Assembly: GCA_018992685.1 (NCBI GenBank)
Contig: JACVGT010000007.1
Location: 1-64,000 of the forward strand
Reading direction: 5' to 3'
DNA length: 64,000 nucleotides
Source: Theionarchaea archaeon
Lineage (GTDB): Archaea; Methanobacteriota_B; Thermococci; Methanofastidiosales; SZ-28-30
The notes beneath the pieces were generated by a model, which worked only from the letters and a program-made list of their open reading frames with translations, was not told where the DNA came from and did not search any database. A program made the translations under genes and the position numbers. Of the stretch, positions 37,096 through 46,851 are shown piece by piece; position 1 is the first letter of the stretch; the number at the start of each line of letters is the position of its first letter.

Positions 37096-38310
37096 ATGCA
37101 ATACCGGGCATTTGGCAGGCTAGATTGGAGGGTATCTGCTCTTGGATTCGGGTGCATGAGACTCCCCTATCAGGAAGGAGACTATCGACGTATACGTGAA
37201 CCTGAAGCAACCCAGATGATTCACTATGCCATTGATCACGGAGTTAACTACGTGGATACTGCCTATAATTACCATGATGGGAACAGTGAGCGATTCCTCG
37301 GTCGGGCATTGAGAGGGGGGTATCGAGAGAAGGTCAAGCTTGCCACCAAGATGTTTCCTTTGTCCATTAAAGAATATGACGATTTTGACAGATTGCTCAG
37401 CGAACAATTGGAGAGACTGCAGACTGGTTACGTGGACTTCTACCTCCTACACGGGATGAATCACAGATGGTGGCCAAGGCTTCGTGATCTGGGAGTGCTG
37501 GACTGGGCCGAAGGAGCAGCTGATGATGGACGTATTAGGCATCTTGGGTTCTCCTTCCATGACGAATTTCCAACCTTCAAGGAGATAGTCGACGCCTATA
37601 GCAAATGGACCTTATGCCAGATACAGTACAACTACATGGACACAGAGCATCAAGCAGGCACCAAGGGTCTCAGGTATGCTGCATCCAAGGGGCTGGCAGT
37701 TGTCATCATGGAACCTCTGCTGGGGGGTTGGCTTGCACATGCTCCCCAAGAAACTGAAAAATTACTGGATACAGCACTTAAGACCCGTACTCCAGCCGAA
37801 TGGGGATTGCAGTGGCTATGGAATCACCCCGAAGTGTCAGTGGTGCTCAGCGGAATGAGCACGATGAACCAGGTTGAGGAAAATGTGGTCAGCGCGGACA
37901 GATCTAACACCAACCACTTGTCTGAAAGAGAGCTCGCGCTTGTGGATCAACTGCGGACAGCATTCCAGAAACTCAGTCCCATCCCATGTACAGGATGTGG
38001 CTATTGTAAGCCGTGCCCCAACAACGTTGACATCCCCTATAACTTCAAGCTATTCAATGATGGCGTGATGTATGAAAGAGAGAGTTTCTGGAGGGCCCGT
38101 CGGTGGTATCGCTTCATGAAAGAGGGGCTCAAGGGAGATTATCATTGCGAAAGAGGACAGGCTGGCACATGTGTTCAGTGCCAGGAATGTGAAGCCAAAT
38201 GTCCGCAGAGCATTCCCATCAGTCGGTTGATGCCAGTTGTCCACCAGGTGCTGGGTGAGGACATGCCGTACAGCAGCGTGAATCTGGAGAATCTCATGTT
38301 GCAGAAATAA
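37096..38310 (+). CDS. aldo/keto reductase with ferredoxin-like Cys-rich C-terminus (paralog 3)
   Basis: ATG 37096 with GGAGAGGGTG upstream. GFGCMRLP. C-terminal CTGCGYCKPCP...CVQCQECEAKCP. T8 tract after the stop. Confidence 0.85.
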   Translation: MQYRAFGRLDWRVSALGFGCMRLPYQEGDYRRIREPEATQMIHYAIDHGVNYVDTAYNYHDGNSERFLGRALRGGYREKVKLATKMFPLSIKEYDDFDRLLSEQLERLQTGYVDFYLLHGMNHRWWPRLRDLGVLDWAEGAADDGRIRHLGFSFHDEFPTFKEIVDAYSKWTLCQIQYNYMDTEHQAGTKGLRYAASKGLAVVIMEPLLGGWLAHAPQETEKLLDTALKTRTPAEWGLQWLWNHPEVSVVLSGMSTMNQVEENVVSADRSNTNHLSERELALVDQLRTAFQKLSPIPCTGCGYCKPCPNNVDIPYNFKLFNDGVMYERESFWRARRWYRFMKEGLKGDYHCERGQAGTCVQCQECEAKCPQSIPISRLMPVVHQVLGEDMPYSSVNLENLMLQK

Positions 38311-38459
38311 TACACCTGGCTATCCCGATTCGTAGATATGTGAATGCGTCTCACTCCCCTCCATGGGACAGTTTTTTTTGAGGTGCTGCAGTGCTGCCTC
38401 TCTCAAGAAAGGTGTGGTTTACTTCCAAGAAGAACTACCCTCTTTTCACGTGACATCAC

Positions 38460-39200
38460 CTACAAGAAAAGTGCTTCCATTTCCTTTTTCTTTTCGCTTT
38501 CCAGGTATTTTACTGCCTTCCTGATGAGCAACCTTGATATTCTGTCCTTCTTTTCACCCTGTGATTCGAGAAACGTGACTAGTAGATCAGGATGATGCTT
38601 TCCTATCGTCTTCAACCCCCACCCAATCCCCTTGACCACGTCCACCTGTTTTTCTGTGATATGAGGTTCAAGCGCGTCAAGCAACTTCCGAGTCTTCTCC
38701 GGCTGGTCCACTACCCGTTTGCTGAAAAAGTGGATGGCTACCCCCATACTTCGTTTTACCCATCTGTTCTCATCATCAAGGTATCTTTCAAGCCAGGGTA
38801 ACATCTCGTCGAAATGATTGACCACTGCGTGGCCCAGGCTGCGTTCTCCAATTATATCGCAAACGTACCACGTATCTCCCCTTATGATATATTCCTTGCT
38901 TTTTCTCATGACAGATTCCAGATGCGAAGGCAGAAACCAGATCAGAGCTTGACTGACAACGACATAGCTTCCCATGGTGTTGTACCTGATAATTTCATCA
39001 AATGCCGCAAAGAGTTTTTTGTGCTCATTAACACCCAATTGGCCAATCTGTTTTCCCAGCAGATCCAGTCTCGAAAAAGGGCACTTCTCATCCAGGATTG
39101 GTTTGAGAGCGTCAAGAGCGACATCATATTCTTCACAGAGACAGGCTTCGAGAACCTGGTGAGCTATGGTTTCAATCCTCTCTCGGGGCAGATGACTCAT
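38460..39200 (-). CDS. DNA alkylation repair (AlkD-like HEAT-repeat) family protein
   Basis: 246-aa all-helical protein. Pattern WVKRSMGVAIHFF typical of the AlkC/AlkD-like DNA glycosylase family. Confidence 0.6.
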   Translation of the reverse strand: MSHLPRERIETIAHQVLEACLCEEYDVALDALKPILDEKCPFSRLDLLGKQIGQLGVNEHKKLFAAFDEIIRYNTMGSYVVVSQALIWFLPSHLESVMRKSKEYIIRGDTWYVCDIIGERSLGHAVVNHFDEMLPWLERYLDDENRWVKRSMGVAIHFFSKRVVDQPEKTRKLLDALEPHITEKQVDVVKGIGWGLKTIGKHHPDLLVTFLESQGEKKDRISRLLIRKAVKYLESEKKKEMEALFL

Positions 39201-39581
39201 GTCATAGTACCCCTCTCCACCAATTTAAACTCTTTCTGACAGCGAAGCAGGCGGCCTCAGAGTTCATCCGCACGTACTCCCGAGATAGAACGAGGTGCAA
39301 TCACTGTTTTGACCTAAAATCCTCATAGGTGTGGGTCTTCGGGGAGTTTTCTCTTTTTGTGAGTATCTCAGGACGAATGAAAACCTTTTTAAATTACTCC
39401 AATTAAGGTACCATAAGCATAGCTGTTGCACACGGTGATGTAATGAAAGGCACAGAGGCGGGTTCTTCTGAGGGAACAGAAAAGAGAAGACATCACCTAT
39501 ATAGTATTGAGATGCGCACAATATCTGCCTTATATCACGTCAACCGGAGTGTCCGGATTGTACAGAGAAAGAGGGATTCCA

Positions 39582-40358
39582 ATGGAAATAATGACCAGGA
39601 TAAAACCGAATTCGGCCCGGATGTGGGATTATATCATGGGCGGAGCCCACAATTTCGCCATAGATAGGACTGCAGTGAAACTGGCCAGGACTCTGTATCC
39701 CCACTATGAAGAGTCAATGCGTGCACAGAGACGGTTTCTTCAGCGGGCAGTAACCTTTATGGTCAAGGAGAAGAACCTGAGGAATATCCTGGATTTCGGG
39801 TCAGGGCTTCCCACCAGGGGGAATGTGCATGAACTTGTCCGAAAGATCAATCCCAAGACAAAAGTCATCTACTCTGATAGAGACCCCATTGCTGTTGCTT
39901 TTGGCCAGGAAATTCTGGGAGATATCCCCAATGTTCGGTATGTGTATTGTGATGTGGAAGAGCCCCATACACTCCTTGATTCTCCAGTCATTCCTGAAAT
40001 GTTCGGAGATAGCCGTCGTATGGGTATTGGGTTTGTGGGTGTCTTCCTGTATGTACCTGATGAACCTCTGGAGCGCTTCTTTGATCTTATGTATGAATGG
40101 GTGGACAAGGGCAGCTATATTGCAGTGTCAAGTGCTGGTCTCAAAGTCAGTGAGGTAGAAGGGGTGAACGAGGCTTCCAAGAAAATGGATATGCGGTTCT
40201 ATGCACGTTCCGAGGAAAAGACTATTGATATCATCAAACCATGGAAACTGACTCAGGAGGGCCTGGCCAAAGGGTTCTACTGGGGACTTCCTGATGATTC
40301 GCCGGAAATAAATGAAGACATAAGTAAACTCAGTTATACCTTTGTTGCTTACAAATGA
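39582..40358 (+). CDS. SAM-dependent methyltransferase, DUF574-like
   Basis: N-terminal ARMWDYIMGGAHNFAIDR matches the DUF574 signature (ARxYDYxLGGKDNFxxDR), followed by a Rossmann-like DFGSGLP motif. Confidence 0.7.
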   Translation: MEIMTRIKPNSARMWDYIMGGAHNFAIDRTAVKLARTLYPHYEESMRAQRRFLQRAVTFMVKEKNLRNILDFGSGLPTRGNVHELVRKINPKTKVIYSDRDPIAVAFGQEILGDIPNVRYVYCDVEEPHTLLDSPVIPEMFGDSRRMGIGFVGVFLYVPDEPLERFFDLMYEWVDKGSYIAVSSAGLKVSEVEGVNEASKKMDMRFYARSEEKTIDIIKPWKLTQEGLAKGFYWGLPDDSPEINEDISKLSYTFVAYK

Positions 40359-40368
40359 GGTAGATGAC

Positions 40369-42384
40369 ATGCCAGGATATCGTTGCGATCTATCCGCTGA
40401 GGAACTGGAATTGCTCTCTCAGGTGGGGCAGACACTCCGTATTCATGAAGCCAGCATTGCAGCGGCTCTGAGAAAGGTGCTGGAATATAAGGCAGTCTAC
40501 CACGAGCACGTATTTTCCCAGGAGGAGCTCTCGGACATCAGCCTAGCCAATGTAAGAGGGCTGCTGGCAGCTCTGAGCTCTGGCGGGATGTATTCAGCAC
40601 CAGATTCCATCCATCAACTGGGAGCACAGTTTTCACACCATGGACTGGGAGACAAATCCACAGTTGACTTCTTGTCTGCGTTGCAGGATGTATGTCTCCC
40701 CTTAGTGATACAGGACTATCCAGACCAGGAGTGCAAAGCTGCGATGGTGACAGCACGAGGGATAAGTCGCTACGTTTCTCTATTCATGGAAGGAGTTCTT
40801 GCTGCTGGCAGGGACCGTATTCTGGATGCCCAAGAAAGGATCGTCCTGGCCCTTGAGCAGAGCCTCAGAGAGAGTGAGCAGTGGTTGGTCACCACCCTGA
40901 AGAGCATTGGGGATGGCGTGATAGCCACAGACACGAGGGGAAAGATAACCTTCATGAACAGTGTAGCTGAACAGCTCACAGACTGGAAAGAAGAAGAAGC
41001 TGAAGGGAAGCCTCTGGCTGAGGTGTTCTTTATCATTAATGAAGAAACTCGGGAACATTGCTCCAATCCCTTTGAGAAAATCATGAAGACTGGCAAGGTG
41101 GTGGGGCTTGCCAACAGTACAGTATTAATCGCTAGAGATGGCACTGAACGGATGATCGCAGACAGTGGAGCCCCCATTCGTGATGAGGAGAGCAACATAT
41201 TGGGAACGGTTCTGGTATTTCGTGATGTTACTGAGAAGAGAAAGATGGAAGATGATATCCTCAGGTTAGAGAGGGAGAAGATGGAATCCGTCAGCATTCT
41301 GGCTGGAGGGATAGCTCATGACTTCAATAACATCCTCACTGCAATCCTTGGGAATGTGACGATAGCAAAGATGCAGACCATGCCTGATAGTGAAATCTTC
41401 AGACTGCTCACTGAGGCAGAGAAGGCATCCCTCAGAGCAAAGAGTCTGACTCAACAACTTTTAACCTTTTCCAAAGGAGGTGCTCCAGTCCGGAAACCCG
41501 CTTCCTTAGCCGAATTGCTCAAGGCTACAGCTGAGTTTGCACTTTCAGGATCCAAAGCGCGATGCGAATTCCGGATTGCAGAGAATCTGAAATCTGCAGA
41601 CGTGGATGCAGGTCAGATCAGCCAGGTCATCAATAACCTCATGATCAATGCAGATCAGGCCATGCCCGCAGGAGGCATCATCACTATCCAGGCGGAAAAT
41701 GTTGAGGTCAACCCAAAGGCCGGGCTCCCTGTCAAGGACGGACCCTACATAAAAGTGAGCATTCAGGATGAAGGCATCGGTATACCTGAAGACTATCTGA
41801 AGCGGATATTTGAACCCTATTTCTCTACCAAGCAGAAAGGAAGTGGCCTGGGGTTAGCCACCAGTTATTCCATTATAAAGAACCATGAGGGGTGCATCAC
41901 GGTCTCCAGCAAGCTGGGAAGTGGTACAACCTTTTGCATTTATCTGCCTGCCTCTGAAAAAGAAGCCCCGCACGTTGAGGTACTGCCACCCAAGGGATCA
42001 GAAGGAAAGGGGCGAATTCTGCTGATGGATGATGAAGAGTGCATTCTGGAAGCTACCAGTGAAGTCCTCTCGTTTCTCGGTTATGAAAGTGAAGTGGTCA
42101 GAGATGGGGTGGATGCAGTGAAGTCATATAAAAAGGCGAGAGAGCAGAATCAACCTTTTGATGCAGTTATTATTGATCTCACCATCAAGGGCAAGATGAG
42201 CGGTCAAGAGACCATCCAGCACCTGCTGAAGATCGACGCTGATGTAAAGGCTATTGTGTCCAGTGGCTATTCTGATGACCCTGTTATGGCCAACTATGAA
42301 GAATATGGATTCAGCGGCGTGGTGGCCAAACCCTACACAATCGAGGAGCTGAAGGAGACTTTGGCTCAAGTCCTGCACAGGTAG
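40369..42384 (+). CDS. PAS-domain hybrid sensor histidine kinase with C-terminal receiver domain
   Basis: PAS region. HisKA H-box (IAHDFNNILTAILG). HATPase_c N/G boxes. C-terminal receiver (LLMDDEE...IIDLTI...KP). GAGGT 8 bp upstream of ATG 40369. Confidence 0.85.
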   Translation: MPGYRCDLSAEELELLSQVGQTLRIHEASIAAALRKVLEYKAVYHEHVFSQEELSDISLANVRGLLAALSSGGMYSAPDSIHQLGAQFSHHGLGDKSTVDFLSALQDVCLPLVIQDYPDQECKAAMVTARGISRYVSLFMEGVLAAGRDRILDAQERIVLALEQSLRESEQWLVTTLKSIGDGVIATDTRGKITFMNSVAEQLTDWKEEEAEGKPLAEVFFIINEETREHCSNPFEKIMKTGKVVGLANSTVLIARDGTERMIADSGAPIRDEESNILGTVLVFRDVTEKRKMEDDILRLEREKMESVSILAGGIAHDFNNILTAILGNVTIAKMQTMPDSEIFRLLTEAEKASLRAKSLTQQLLTFSKGGAPVRKPASLAELLKATAEFALSGSKARCEFRIAENLKSADVDAGQISQVINNLMINADQAMPAGGIITIQAENVEVNPKAGLPVKDGPYIKVSIQDEGIGIPEDYLKRIFEPYFSTKQKGSGLGLATSYSIIKNHEGCITVSSKLGSGTTFCIYLPASEKEAPHVEVLPPKGSEGKGRILLMDDEECILEATSEVLSFLGYESEVVRDGVDAVKSYKKAREQNQPFDAVIIDLTIKGKMSGQETIQHLLKIDADVKAIVSSGYSDDPVMANYEEYGFSGVVAKPYTIEELKETLAQVLHR

Positions 42385-42485
42385 CTGGAACAGTGATCTT
42401 TTGGAATTATGTAATTTATTTCTGAGAGCCCCGTTAATTCCCCGCTTACTGTAAAACTTATATAGGTGCACTTACCTTTTAAAGC

Positions 42486-45059
42486 ATGGAGATTCAGACG
42501 CAGGAACTCCTAAAGACACTTTCAAACAAGACCAACCTCGAGATCATAAACTTGTTGAGAAACGAACCATCCTATCCCCGGAAAATATCTGAGATACTGG
42601 GAATGCAGGAAGGCTATATCTCGAGAATTCTCTCAAATCTCGAAAAAATGGGTATTTTGCGCAGTCAGTGGGCATATCGAGAACGTAATGTCAAGCTGTA
42701 CTATGTTGACACAAAGGAGATCAGCATCGCCTTTGAACCTGAAGGCTTGAAGCTTCACGTGAAGACCAAAGGTGAGAAAGAGGTATCTGTGTCTTATGAT
42801 GCGTTCAAGTTTGAAATACCTGAACCGCATGGCTTCATCAATAGAAGAAAGGAGCTGCAGTTGATTGATACTCAACCCATGGTCGTCATTGAAGGATTGG
42901 CGGGTATTGGAAAGACCTTCCTGGCTGCAGAGTATGCTCAGAACGTACAGCCAAGGGGGAAGAAGATCTTCTGGCATTCATTCACCGATATTGACTCCTT
43001 TCACTATGTTATCAACAAATTATCTGTATTCCTGAATAATGTGGGCCTTTCCAATCTTCTGGAGTATATAAAACAGGAGGGTAGGGACAGCAGGGTACTG
43101 CTTTCCCTCTTCCAGCGGGGAATGACAGAGGACATGGTATTCTGTTTTGATGGGTTTCAGAAAGTGCAGGATTCTGAACTTGTCACCATGTTCAAACTGC
43201 TCAAAGACCCAGTTGCAAAAATTATTGTTACGTCCCGGGAACGTCCTTCCTTTGTTACAATATCCCGGAGTGATATTACAGAAATCAGGTTATCAGCTTT
43301 CACTGAAAAAGAAGCCAGAGAGCTCCTTCATTCCAGAGGTGTCATTCTGGGAGACAAAATGATGAAAAAGGCCCACAGAAAACTGGGAGGTCATCCTCTG
43401 ATTCTGGACATGTTCTGTGAAGCAGCAAAAGAGAAGCAGCCAAACCTCGTTTTGGAAAACCTTCCTGGCCACCAGGTGGAAGATTATCTGTGGAGCGAAA
43501 TCTTTCAGACCCTGTCAGAGGATGAACGGAAACTTGTGGAGTGCTTGTCCATGTTCAGAATACCTGCATCGGTCGATATCCTTAAGAAGGTGTACCAGGC
43601 TCCTGGGTTCTGGACCTGCCTGAAGGGACTGGAAAAACGCATGTTTATCAGGAGACAGAACGGCGGATACGTGCTCCCCTCTTCGATTGTGGAATTCACC
43701 TATCAGAGAGTCCCCGACAAGGAGGAACTGCATTCAGAAATCGCTGCCTTCTACAAATGCCAGGGCACTTCAGAGGGGCTCCTGGAATCTATGTATCATT
43801 TCCTGCAGGGTGAAAACCAGGATGAGGCTGCTCGTCTGGTAGCACAACCTCAAGATGTCGATTTGATAGAAAGGGGGTACCTGTCACCCTATCTGGACAT
43901 TCTGAATGGGTTCAGGAAATCCAAGATATCCCCGGAGCTGTGGTGCTGTATCATGTGTGCCAAAGGTAGAATTCTGTCGTTGTATGGAGATTCCAAGAGT
44001 GCACTCCGGGCATTTGAGGAGATGCAGAAAACTGCTCAGACCATCCAGTCTGACAAGTACGACGCCCGGGCTCTACATTGGATAGGAAACATCCATGCGT
44101 CAAAAGGAGACTGGAAGACAGCGCACATGTGTCTTGACACCAGCCTGTCCATACTGGAAAGACTCCAGGAGCATGAGGAAATGGTGGGTATCCATGCAGA
44201 CATTGGATTGCTCTTGATGAAAGAGGGAGTATTTGAGAAAGCACTTTCTCATTTTCGGGCAGGAAAGGACATTGCCGAAAAGAGTGGGTTCATGTACGGC
44301 CTTTCACAGATGCTGCGAGGCATAGCAAATGTGTACTACTACCAGGATCAGTTCGACACAGCTCTGGAATTTCACACGAAGAGTTTGACCCTGGCTGAAA
44401 AGGTGAGGGATGTGAGGGGCATTGCAGCAAACTACAACACGCTGGGATTGATTCACTTCTATAAGGGTGATCTTGAAAAGGCCATATCCTGCTTTAAGAG
44501 GACGCTTAATATATCAGAGAGGATTTCAGATATCAGAGATCAGATCATCTCGTGCGGAAACCTGGGGATGGTGTACGCAGAGGGAGGAGAGAGCGGCCTG
44601 GCACAGAACTATTATCAGAGAGCGTTGCATCTGGCAGAATCGCTGGAGGATCTATACTCCATTACCTATTTGAAAATGAAAATGGCAAGTCTTCTCCTGG
44701 AGAAAAAAGAATTGGAGAAAGCTCGCGCTCTCTGCGAGGTGTGCGAGAACATGTTTTCCTTGTTGGGCAAGAGCCTTCATTACGGGGAGTTCTGCAGGAT
44801 TTTTGCCATGGTATTGCAGCAGAGAGGGGAATGGGAAAAAGCGCAGGAACTCTACCTCAAAAGTATTGATGAGACCAGTGGATCACCTCTTGAACTGGGA
44901 AAGACCTATTTAGAGTTTGGACTTGGGATGAAGAGATATGGATCACTGGAAGAAGCTGAAGCGTGTTACGAGATGGCGCTTCAACTGTTTCAGCAAGTAT
45001 CAGCAGAAAGAGAAAGAGAAAAAGCACAGGAGAAGTGGGGAGCTGACAATCGGGGTTAA
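42486..45059 (+). CDS. STAND-type signal-transduction ATPase: N-terminal winged-helix HTH, NB-ARC/AAA-like NTPase (Walker A GLAGIGKT), C-terminal TPR array
   Basis: 857 aa. ArsR-like wHTH in the first ~90 aa. P-loop VVIEGLAGIGKTFLAAEYA. At least 8 TPR-like repeats at the C-terminus. TATA aacttatatagg about 30 bp upstream. Confidence 0.8.
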   Translation: MEIQTQELLKTLSNKTNLEIINLLRNEPSYPRKISEILGMQEGYISRILSNLEKMGILRSQWAYRERNVKLYYVDTKEISIAFEPEGLKLHVKTKGEKEVSVSYDAFKFEIPEPHGFINRRKELQLIDTQPMVVIEGLAGIGKTFLAAEYAQNVQPRGKKIFWHSFTDIDSFHYVINKLSVFLNNVGLSNLLEYIKQEGRDSRVLLSLFQRGMTEDMVFCFDGFQKVQDSELVTMFKLLKDPVAKIIVTSRERPSFVTISRSDITEIRLSAFTEKEARELLHSRGVILGDKMMKKAHRKLGGHPLILDMFCEAAKEKQPNLVLENLPGHQVEDYLWSEIFQTLSEDERKLVECLSMFRIPASVDILKKVYQAPGFWTCLKGLEKRMFIRRQNGGYVLPSSIVEFTYQRVPDKEELHSEIAAFYKCQGTSEGLLESMYHFLQGENQDEAARLVAQPQDVDLIERGYLSPYLDILNGFRKSKISPELWCCIMCAKGRILSLYGDSKSALRAFEEMQKTAQTIQSDKYDARALHWIGNIHASKGDWKTAHMCLDTSLSILERLQEHEEMVGIHADIGLLLMKEGVFEKALSHFRAGKDIAEKSGFMYGLSQMLRGIANVYYYQDQFDTALEFHTKSLTLAEKVRDVRGIAANYNTLGLIHFYKGDLEKAISCFKRTLNISERISDIRDQIISCGNLGMVYAEGGESGLAQNYYQRALHLAESLEDLYSITYLKMKMASLLLEKKELEKARALCEVCENMFSLLGKSLHYGEFCRIFAMVLQQRGEWEKAQELYLKSIDETSGSPLELGKTYLEFGLGMKRYGSLEEAEACYEMALQLFQQVSAEREREKAQEKWGADNRG

Positions 45060-45225
45060 CCCGGCTGAATATTCACGGCACAGTGGTAGATTCTAAGAAA
45101 GGAGAGGAAGCAGTGCCACCTCCATATATTTCCCTCATAGCGCTCCAGAGATTGGTACCTGGCTGTTGTTTTAAGAAGAGTGTAACTTCAGAATTCTGGG
45201 AGTTCCACAGATATTCGACTTCAAT

Positions 45226-46059
45226 TCATGAGGTAACCAGCGATCTCACTGTCTCCAGGTTTTGCCTGTGTCCTCTGGTTGCATCCACAGGGGTTTCCAG
45301 TATGAGAGGAAGGTCCCTAATAGCGGGATGGTTCACAAACACTCTGAATCCCTCTTCCCCTATCTCGCCCAGTCCGATGTGAGCATGTTCGTCTTTTCGG
45401 GAATTGAAAGGATACTTGGAATCATTCAGCTGTACGGCCCTGAGGTTGGAGATGCCGACAGTGCTGTCAACCTGGTTCATTGTTCTATCAAGTCCCTCTC
45501 TGGTTGTAATATCGTACCCTGCAGCAAATACGTGACAGGTATCCAGACAGATACCTGTTTCACAATTGATGAGATCTCTGAGGTGCTGCAGTTGCTGAAA
45601 GGTGTAACCCAGATCTGTTCCCTTTCCTGCAGTCGTCTCCAGCAGGATGATGACTTCCTCCATGTCAGGTTCGAGGTTGTTCAGGGAGGTGGCAATTTGC
45701 AGTAATCCCTTGTCTTCACCCTGCCCCAGATGAGATCCAGGATGAATTTTGATATATTCAATTCCCAGGGCTTTAGCTGCTGCAATTTCCTTCTCCATGG
45801 TCTCCATGGACTTCTTGTAGATATCCTCCTTGGGGGTGGCCAGATTCGTTAGATAGGACTCATGTATGAGAATAGGCCATATCTCCTTTTTCCTGTAGAT
45901 CTCTTTGAATCTGGCTGCCTCTTCATCATCTAGTTCTGGAAACCGCCAAGTACGAGGAGAATGAGTGAAGATTTGCCCGCACGTACCTCCAATTTCCCGA
46001 ATTTCATCAAATGCATGGGTTACCCCTCCTTGTATTGAGACGTGAGCTCCGATATTCAT
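45226..46059 (-). CDS. nfo: endonuclease IV (AP endonuclease family 2)
   Basis: MNIGAHVSI N-terminus and metal-binding His/Glu/Asp pattern (IHPGSH, LETTAG, DTCH, LNDSK) of Nfo. Alternative start at 46083. Confidence 0.85.
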   Translation of the reverse strand: MNIGAHVSIQGGVTHAFDEIREIGGTCGQIFTHSPRTWRFPELDDEEAARFKEIYRKKEIWPILIHESYLTNLATPKEDIYKKSMETMEKEIAAAKALGIEYIKIHPGSHLGQGEDKGLLQIATSLNNLEPDMEEVIILLETTAGKGTDLGYTFQQLQHLRDLINCETGICLDTCHVFAAGYDITTREGLDRTMNQVDSTVGISNLRAVQLNDSKYPFNSRKDEHAHIGLGEIGEEGFRVFVNHPAIRDLPLILETPVDATRGHRQNLETVRSLVTS

Positions 46060-46173
46060 GTGTAAGAAAGGTTCGACACTCATAAATAAGTTCCCATGGC
46101 GACACGGTACGCTAGTATGGCGAAAGTCCACAGATTTTTAAACAAGGTCTTCCAAAGGAAAGAGAGGGATTTC

Positions 46174-46842
46174 ATGAAAATGTCCAAGAAGGACCTGGCA
46201 AAAGTGATAGATCACACGCTGCTGGCTTCTACGGCAACGCAGGAACAGATTACAGTACTCTGTGAGGAGGGAAAAGAACACGGATTTGCTTCTGTGTGCG
46301 TCAACAGTTGCTGGGTGTCTCTGTGCAAGAGTCTTCTCGAGAATTGTGAGGTAAAGGTATGCAGCGTTGTGGGGTTCCCCCTGGGCGCCATGGCTACCCC
46401 GGCCAAAGCATATGAAGCAGAAAGAGCGGTAAAGGATGGAGCCGATGAAATCGACATGGTTATGAATGTTGGGAAATTTCTATCTGGGACTCCTGGGGAT
46501 CTGATCTATGTCAAGAGTGATATCAAGGCTGTGGTAGAGGCTGCTTCAGGAAACCCTGTGAAAGTTATTCTGGAAACTGGCCACCTATCAGATGAGCAGG
46601 TGGCGATGGCATGCAGGATCGCACAGGAAGCAGGAGCTCATTTTGTTAAAACGTCTACGGGATTTGGGCCTCCATTTGAGATGAAACATGTCACTTTGAT
46701 GAGGAAAGCGGTGGGCGATACCATGGGTGTGAAGGCAGCAGGGGGCATAAAAACATATGAGAAGGCAGTGGAAGTCATTCAGGCTGGAGCAAGCAGGATC
46801 GGAGCCAGCGCAGGAGTGGCTATTGTGAAGGCTGCTCTGTAG
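46174..46842 (+). CDS. deoC: deoxyribose-phosphate aldolase
   Basis: IDHTLL, FASVCVN, VVGFPLG. Schiff-base Lys context FVKTSTGF of class I DERA. SD-like GGAAAGAGAGGGA upstream. Confidence 0.85.
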   Translation: MKMSKKDLAKVIDHTLLASTATQEQITVLCEEGKEHGFASVCVNSCWVSLCKSLLENCEVKVCSVVGFPLGAMATPAKAYEAERAVKDGADEIDMVMNVGKFLSGTPGDLIYVKSDIKAVVEAASGNPVKVILETGHLSDEQVAMACRIAQEAGAHFVKTSTGFGPPFEMKHVTLMRKAVGDTMGVKAAGGIKTYEKAVEVIQAGASRIGASAGVAIVKAAL

Positions 46843-46851
46843 GGTGGAGTC

